Shown here: positions 58,953-64,000 of the stretch, in pieces
Numbering within the stretch: the first letter of the stretch is position 1
How the letters are laid out: every line of letters starts with the position of its first letter
Source of the DNA: a bacterium
Lineage (GTDB): Bacteria > RBG-13-61-14 > DATKZS01
Assembly: GCA_963674965.2 (NCBI GenBank)
Contig: CAXXFL010000006.1
Location: 640,001 to 704,000, forward strand
Direction: 5' to 3'
DNA: 64,000 nucleotides
Made by a program: the position numbers and the translations under genes
The notes under the pieces: generated by a model
Told to the model about the DNA's origin: nothing
The model's input: only the letters and a program-made list of their open reading frames with translations
Database searches by the model: none

Positions 58953-60370
58953 CTCTCGTACTTGATTTCCAGGTACTCGTCGGCGATCACCGGACCGTCT
59001 CCCCCCCCTCCTTTTCCCATGGCGGTAAGGGCGGCCCGAATGCCCGTCTCGATCGAGTGGTCCATGTTGTTGTAAACGAACTGGCCATAACGCCCCATCA
59101 GGATGAGGTCGCCGATGGAGTCGATGTATTTCTTGATCACGCCCAGAGGCTCCATGTGCCCGATGTCGTGCAGGGGGTAGGCCTTCTTCGCCCTGACCAC
59201 GCAGTGGTCGATCACATAGCGCTCGGAGCCGGGCGCGAGCTTGATGCGCTCGAAGTCGGCCAGGGTCTTTTTGACCAGGTCCTTGTCGTCCATTTTCCAG
59301 ACCTCGTCGGTCTCGAAGCAGAAGTACTCGAAGACCAGGGAGGTCTTGTCCGGCGGGCTCATGGCCGGGCTCCAGTTGGTCGGCTCGTGGAGTCGGCCGA
59401 ACCCTATCTCCGGGTCGGGGATGTAGACCCAGGTGTCGTTGGTAATTCGTTTCCTGTCGAACATGACGGTCACGATGACTAGGTCGCGGTACCGAAGCTT
59501 CATGGCCGCCTTCTTGACCTCGTCCGGCGCCGGCGGGTCGAGGATCATGATCAGCTCGGTCACGGGTATGCTCGAGAGGACCTTGTCCCCCTCGAGGATT
59601 TCCTCGCGCCCGTCCTTGTGCCTCACCTTGACGCCCGTGACCCGGCCGTTCTCGTGGAGAACGCCCACCGCCCGGGCGTTTAGTTTGATCTCGTTTCCCT
59701 TCCTGATCTCCTGGGCCAGGCGCTCGCTTATTCTTCCTATCCCGTGGGCCGGATACTTGAAGGACCCGATAAGGCTCACGGGCTTTTCCTTGCCGGGAAG
59801 GATGCTTTCCTTGATGGTCCCCAAAAGGCTCATGCCCTTGATGCGCTGGGCCGCCCAGTCGGCGGAGATGTGGTCGCAGTTGACCCCCCAGACCTTCTCG
59901 GTGTAGGTCTTGAAAAATATCTCGTACATGCGCCGGCCGAACTGCTGGGTCATCCAGTCCTCGAGGGTCACCACGTCCTTGCCGCTGTACCTTATCTTGT
60001 CCGCCACGAAGGAGTACAAGATGCCGAGCGACATGAGCGGCCCCAGTCCCTGGAAGGCGTTCATGAAAGTGGGAGGATAATTGAAATACTTTTGAAGGAA
60101 GTAAATCTTGCTCGAGCGGTCCACGTCGATAAGCTCGTCCACCATCAGCTCGTGAAGGAACTGGTCGAGCTCGGCCTTCTTGGTGAAGAAGCGGTGTCCC
60201 CCCAGGTCGAAGAGGAAATCGTTGTGCGAGTGGGTGCGCGAAAGCCCCCCTACCCCGTCGTCTTTCTCGAGCACCGTGGCCGGTACCTTGAAATCGGTCA
60301 GAATCTTGCCGGCTGTGAGTCCGGCCGGCCCTCCTCCCATGATGATCGCGCGCTTTATTTCTTCCGACAT
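58949..60370 (-). CDS. FAD-dependent oxidoreductase (HemY/UDP-galactopyranose-mutase-like, glycan-cluster type)
   Basis: IMGGGPAGL, VGGLSRT, FDLGGHRFFTK, YTEKVWG, DWAAQRI, KAYP and GRYGQFVYNNMDHS. Confidence 0.88.
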   Translation of the reverse strand: MSEEIKRAIIMGGGPAGLTAGKILTDFKVPATVLEKDDGVGGLSRTHSHNDFLFDLGGHRFFTKKAELDQFLHELMVDELIDVDRSSKIYFLQKYFNYPPTFMNAFQGLGPLMSLGILYSFVADKIRYSGKDVVTLEDWMTQQFGRRMYEIFFKTYTEKVWGVNCDHISADWAAQRIKGMSLLGTIKESILPGKEKPVSLIGSFKYPAHGIGRISERLAQEIRKGNEIKLNARAVGVLHENGRVTGVKVRHKDGREEILEGDKVLSSIPVTELIMILDPPAPDEVKKAAMKLRYRDLVIVTVMFDRKRITNDTWVYIPDPEIGFGRLHEPTNWSPAMSPPDKTSLVFEYFCFETDEVWKMDDKDLVKKTLADFERIKLAPGSERYVIDHCVVRAKKAYPLHDIGHMEPLGVIKKYIDSIGDLILMGRYGQFVYNNMDHSIETGIRAALTAMGKGGGGDGPVIADEYLEIKYER

Positions 60371-60385
60371 TTCATTAACTCCGGG

Positions 60386-61663
60386 CTATGCCACCCAATA
60401 TCCGTTTACGTACAAGGCCGCGAAAAGTCCAAAGGCCCCGGCAAAAAGGCAAATGGCCGCCATCCTCGCCGCCGGCCTTCCCTCCAGTAGCCGGGCAAGC
60501 TCGATAAACAAGGGAAGGCACTGGACCTGGTAGCGAAGATAGCTGTGGTTGCTGTTGGTGGCGTGAAAGGCGAAAAAGAGCGCCATCCAAATCCAGTAGC
60601 TTTTCCTCGCCCCCTTGAACCCCAGAAACAGAACGGCCAGAAGCAGGCCGTGGAGGGGCAGTTCCTTCATCCACACGTGCCATCCCTTGTTATAGGTCTC
60701 CTTCATCATCAGCCAGGGCCAGTTGAGAGTGCCGTACTCGTTCACCTCGTGGACCCTGGTCCATATGAGCGCGTCCCCCGCGGCGAGGTAAAAGCCAAGG
60801 AGCACCGCCATCGTTCCCATCGGTATAAGGAGGGCCCACCATACCCCGGGCCACTCTCTGATCCCGGCCAGGGCGCCTTTGATTCCCGAGGGGGACAGGA
60901 CCCGGGCAAAGCCGTCTCCTTCTCCCTCGGTCCTGGCCGCCATCCACTCGTAAAAGAGCGGGACCGCGAGAAACGCGCCGAAAATCCTCGTGGCGGCGGC
61001 GGCGGCCCCCAGCGCGCCGCAAAGGAGGAACTTCTTTTTCCGGGCCGAGAGCATGGCCCCGGCGGCCAGGGCCAGGAACATGGACTCGTTATAAGCCCCG
61101 GTCAGGGAGTATCCTCCCGGGTGGAAAGCCGCCAGGGACACGGCCAGGGCCGCGCCCGCCGCTTTCAGGTCCTCCCGGGCGAGCATGTATAACAACACGC
61201 AATATATTACCGTGAAAAGGTTGGACAGGAAAACCGCCGAGGCGACGTAGTCCAGCCCCGCCGCTCCCGCGGCCCGGACCAGCCAGACGAACCCCAGCCA
61301 ATGCCTGTACCCGTAGCCGCTCCCGATGGGCTCGGGTTTGCCTTTCCACAGGCCCTGCTCTCGTCCCAGTTCGTCCATAACTCGAAGGCGGGCGGTCTCC
61401 CGGGCCAGGTCGTAGTCGCCCGAGGCGAGCTTTGCGTGGCCGATGGCGGCCACTCTCACGAACCAGGCCCCGTCGAAATTAGCGAGGTTGTCCATGAACG
61501 AGGTGTCGGGCCTGGTCATCCAAAGGTCGGCTTTATACTCGGCCCGGGGCAGGAACATCCAGCCGTAGTACATGAGAATAAGGGCGATGATTTTGAGGGA
61601 GAGGGCGAGGGTTACGGCTCTGGCCCAATCCTTTTTTAGGGTCGAGCCGGCGGACTCTACCAA
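60386..61663 (-). CDS. PIG-V-like (Mannosyl_trans2, GT-C) glycosyltransferase
   Basis: NFDGAWFVRVA (WD..WY-like), SN.F, YNESMFL, AAATRIFG and 'LRY...CLPL'. TTG start after GAGGAGG, overlapping the upstream stop. Confidence 0.75.
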   Translation of the reverse strand: MVESAGSTLKKDWARAVTLALSLKIIALILMYYGWMFLPRAEYKADLWMTRPDTSFMDNLANFDGAWFVRVAAIGHAKLASGDYDLARETARLRVMDELGREQGLWKGKPEPIGSGYGYRHWLGFVWLVRAAGAAGLDYVASAVFLSNLFTVIYCVLLYMLAREDLKAAGAALAVSLAAFHPGGYSLTGAYNESMFLALAAGAMLSARKKKFLLCGALGAAAAATRIFGAFLAVPLFYEWMAARTEGEGDGFARVLSPSGIKGALAGIREWPGVWWALLIPMGTMAVLLGFYLAAGDALIWTRVHEVNEYGTLNWPWLMMKETYNKGWHVWMKELPLHGLLLAVLFLGFKGARKSYWIWMALFFAFHATNSNHSYLRYQVQCLPLFIELARLLEGRPAARMAAICLFAGAFGLFAALYVNGYWVA

Positions 61664-63153
61664 AGATTCCTCCTCAGAATCCTGACGAACAGTCCCAGGG
61701 TATAGCCCGGTCTTTTCAACAGGAGGTCCACCACGGACTTCTTGAAAAACACCAGGGGATGGCGGAAAAAGGAACGCAGGTTATATTTCAGGAACTCCCT
61801 TCCGGCCATGCGCTCGAGGGTCCCCTTTGGAAAAATCCCCTCGTGATAGGCGCTCCTTGTAAAGGTCAGGTTCTCGAAGTTGAAGTCGCCCCGCAGCATC
61901 TTCATGTCCTTGGCCATCCTGTACATCTCCGTGCCCGGCAGGGGGTTGGCCACGAAGAAGTAGGCCATGTCGGTCCTCATCTCGTTGGCGAAACGGAAGG
62001 TCTGCTGCATCTGGTCCAGGGTCTCGCCGGGAAAGCCGAAGATGAAAAAGGCGTTGGTCCGGATGTCCTTGCTCTTGATGTATTTGGTTATCTTCCTCGC
62101 CTTTTTTAGGTTGAGAGGTTTTTTCACGATCCTGGAGAGGACCTCCTGGCAGCCGCTCTCGAAGGCCAGGGTCATCTCGTAGGCCCCCGCCTCGACGATC
62201 AGGTCGATAAGCTCCTCGTCCAGCGTCCACAGGGCCACGCCGTTGGGAAAATTGAACTTAACGTCAAAGCCCCGGTCGATGATGCCCTGGAAAATTTGCC
62301 GGGCCCTCTCCCGGTTGGCCGTGATGTTGTCGTCCTCGAACTGGATTTCCTTGATGCCCCACTTGGTCACCAGTTCCTCGATTTCGTCGAGCACGTTCTC
62401 GGGCGACCTGAACCTGTAGCGGTTGCCCCAAAACTTCGTGCTCGAGCAGTAGATGCAGTGGGCCGGACATCCCCTCGAGGTAATAAGAGGAGCGTTATAG
62501 CGGCTGGCGGCGCTGAAGCTGTGAGGTACGCCGATCCGGTTATAGGTTTCCATGGGTAGAAGGTCGCGGGCGGGAAAGGGTATCGAGTCGAGGTCCTCGA
62601 TGTATTTGGTCTTGGCGTTCACTATCACGTCGCCGTTGTCCTTGTAGGCGAGGCCGTCTATGTCCGATATGGGTTTCCCCTGGTTCACCCGCCGGATTAT
62701 ATCTTGCATGGTGGTCTCGCCCTCGCCCAGGGCGATAAGGTCGAGCGACGGCTCGCTCAGGCAGTACTCGGGCATGAAGGTGGGATAGGTCCCGCCCGTG
62801 ATGGTTATAATGTCCGGGTCGATCCGCTTGACCTCCTGACAAACCTCCCGCACCATGGGAAAAACCGAGCTGAAAAGACAGGACATGCCCACCACGTCGG
62901 GCTTGAAATACTCGATGCGCCTGCGGACGTCGGCCAGGGAGCTTCCGAACCGGATGAAGTTCTCATCCAGTATCTCTTCCCGGTTGAACCCCTCCGCCGC
63001 CGCGTCCATGATCTCCACCTCAACGTCGTCCCGGATGACCGAGGCGATGTAGGCCACGCCAAGGGGAGAGAACACCAGCTTCATCGTCTCCCGGTAAAGG
63101 CGCACGGGAGGAAACATCAAAAAGACCCGCTCGATTTTATCCTTTTTCAACAT
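61657..63153 (-). CDS. Cobalamin-binding radical SAM enzyme
   Basis: SPLGVAYIAS, GGTYPT, LGEGE, TSRGCPAHCIYC, FEDDN, AFESG and FFIFGFPGET. Confidence 0.93.
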   Translation of the reverse strand: MLKKDKIERVFLMFPPVRLYRETMKLVFSPLGVAYIASVIRDDVEVEIMDAAAEGFNREEILDENFIRFGSSLADVRRRIEYFKPDVVGMSCLFSSVFPMVREVCQEVKRIDPDIITITGGTYPTFMPEYCLSEPSLDLIALGEGETTMQDIIRRVNQGKPISDIDGLAYKDNGDVIVNAKTKYIEDLDSIPFPARDLLPMETYNRIGVPHSFSAASRYNAPLITSRGCPAHCIYCSSTKFWGNRYRFRSPENVLDEIEELVTKWGIKEIQFEDDNITANRERARQIFQGIIDRGFDVKFNFPNGVALWTLDEELIDLIVEAGAYEMTLAFESGCQEVLSRIVKKPLNLKKARKITKYIKSKDIRTNAFFIFGFPGETLDQMQQTFRFANEMRTDMAYFFVANPLPGTEMYRMAKDMKMLRGDFNFENLTFTRSAYHEGIFPKGTLERMAGREFLKYNLRSFFRHPLVFFKKSVVDLLLKRPGYTLGLFVRILRRNLW

Positions 63154-63552
63154 GCCCGGAAATTACCCTTGACCAGTCAAAAGCGGTCAGGCGAAAATCG
63201 GTCCGTCGCCTTCCCTTTCCCCCGCTTTTGCATGGTCATTGCAATATAGCCCACTTTCCCTCCAATACAAAGTCAAAGCTCGATCGATCCTCGATTCACC
63301 CTTTCCCCCACGCGCTTCAATTCGCTGTTTTTTAACGGGATAAGATTTTCGACCTCATGGCCGCGTTCAATGTTCCCCATTAAAACCGGCCAAAGGACAA
63401 AAAACGTGCCCGGACTACCCGAGGTAAACCCTGAAGGTCATAAGCCGCTTCCCTTTTCGTTTTCCCTCGATGCAATCAAGCGTACCGACTTGTAAAGGCC
63501 TCCCGATTTTAGCATAATCGGCCCTATCCAGGATAAGGACGGAGGAAAAGAC

Positions 63553-64000
63553 ATGAAACGCCTTGCGACCGCTTTTTTTATGGCTTTATTGCTCATGATT
63601 TTCGGCTGCGCCAATATCGTGAGCCGCGTGGCCGACGTCGGCCGGCCCGAGTACCGCTTCAAGGTGGAGAAGAACGTGATGGTCCCCATGAGCGACGGGA
63701 CCATGCTGGCCACGGACGTTTATATACCCAAGGGCCTTGGCCGGGCCCCGGCCATCCTCATCCGCACGCCCTACAGCAAGGGCACGAAGGGCGACCTGGC
63801 GCCGCTTAACCTGATCGTCACCCGCCTGTTCGCGGGCCAGGGTTACATAGTGGTGATCCAGGACTGCCGCGGCCGTTTCGACTCGGAGGGCGAATTCTAC
63901 TCGTTCCTGAACGAGGAACAAGACGGACACGACGCGGTCGCCTGGGTCTTGGCCCAGCCCTGGTCCAACGGCATGGTGGCCACGTGGGGCCCTTCCTACC
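63553..64000 (+). CDS. CocE/NonD (S15) family hydrolase, probable lipoprotein, 3'-truncated by the window edge
   Basis: My translation (not in the track): MKRLATAFFMALLLMIFGC...VPMSDGTMLATDVYIP...RTPY...GYIVVIQDCRGRFDSEG...DGHD...QPWSNG.V..WGPSY. GGAGG RBS. Confidence 0.9.
   Translation, partial: MKRLATAFFMALLLMIFGCANIVSRVADVGRPEYRFKVEKNVMVPMSDGTMLATDVYIPKGLGRAPAILIRTPYSKGTKGDLAPLNLIVTRLFAGQGYIVVIQDCRGRFDSEGEFYSFLNEEQDGHDAVAWVLAQPWSNGMVATWGPSY

Overview
64 kb of a GC-rich bacterial chromosome. Gene content and codon style suggest a delta-proteobacterial-type organism; this is inference only. All family assignments come from motif recognition by eye, and no searches were run. From left to right: (1) an arsenic cluster, arsR(partial)-acr3-arsM-yeeE/yedE-arsC, whose arsC end is overwritten by a truncated ISL3, followed by an IS4 remnant; (2) uvrB, a membrane class III cyclase, an MFS transporter and a type-B carboxylesterase; (3) a decayed Y1 (IS200/RAYT-like) transposase between ~90-bp inverted hairpin arrays; (4) DUF1186, an orphan GAK-XXXCH-like gene, an AT-rich ankyrin gene, a Tat-exported GH127-like hydrolase, an MFS and an orphan lipoprotein; (5) the best novelty candidate, an operon of three alkaline-phosphatase-superfamily paralogues with different targeting signals, a 61-aa RHH-like protein carrying the 'LxxLGY' tail the enzymes lack, and an EMC3/TMCO1(DUF106)-like Oxa1-superfamily membrane protein; (6) housekeeping and envelope genes (RDD, GT-C, GH20, metallophosphoesterase, a YbjQ pair, MscS, CoA-transferase III, glpK, aroE, ECF, acyl-CoA ligase, nitroreductase); (7) a decayed low-GC islet (SDH/Clp-protease fragment, antitoxin, mazF with an in-frame TGA) and a DASS transporter; (8) an ~11-kb glycoconjugate-tailoring operon with two B12-radical SAM enzymes, a radical SAM/SPASM protein, a methyltransferase, a flavin oxidoreductase, a GT2, a PMT-like GT-C and a PIG-V-like GT-C; (9) a partial CocE/NonD hydrolase. 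No rRNA, tRNA or CRISPR array was seen.
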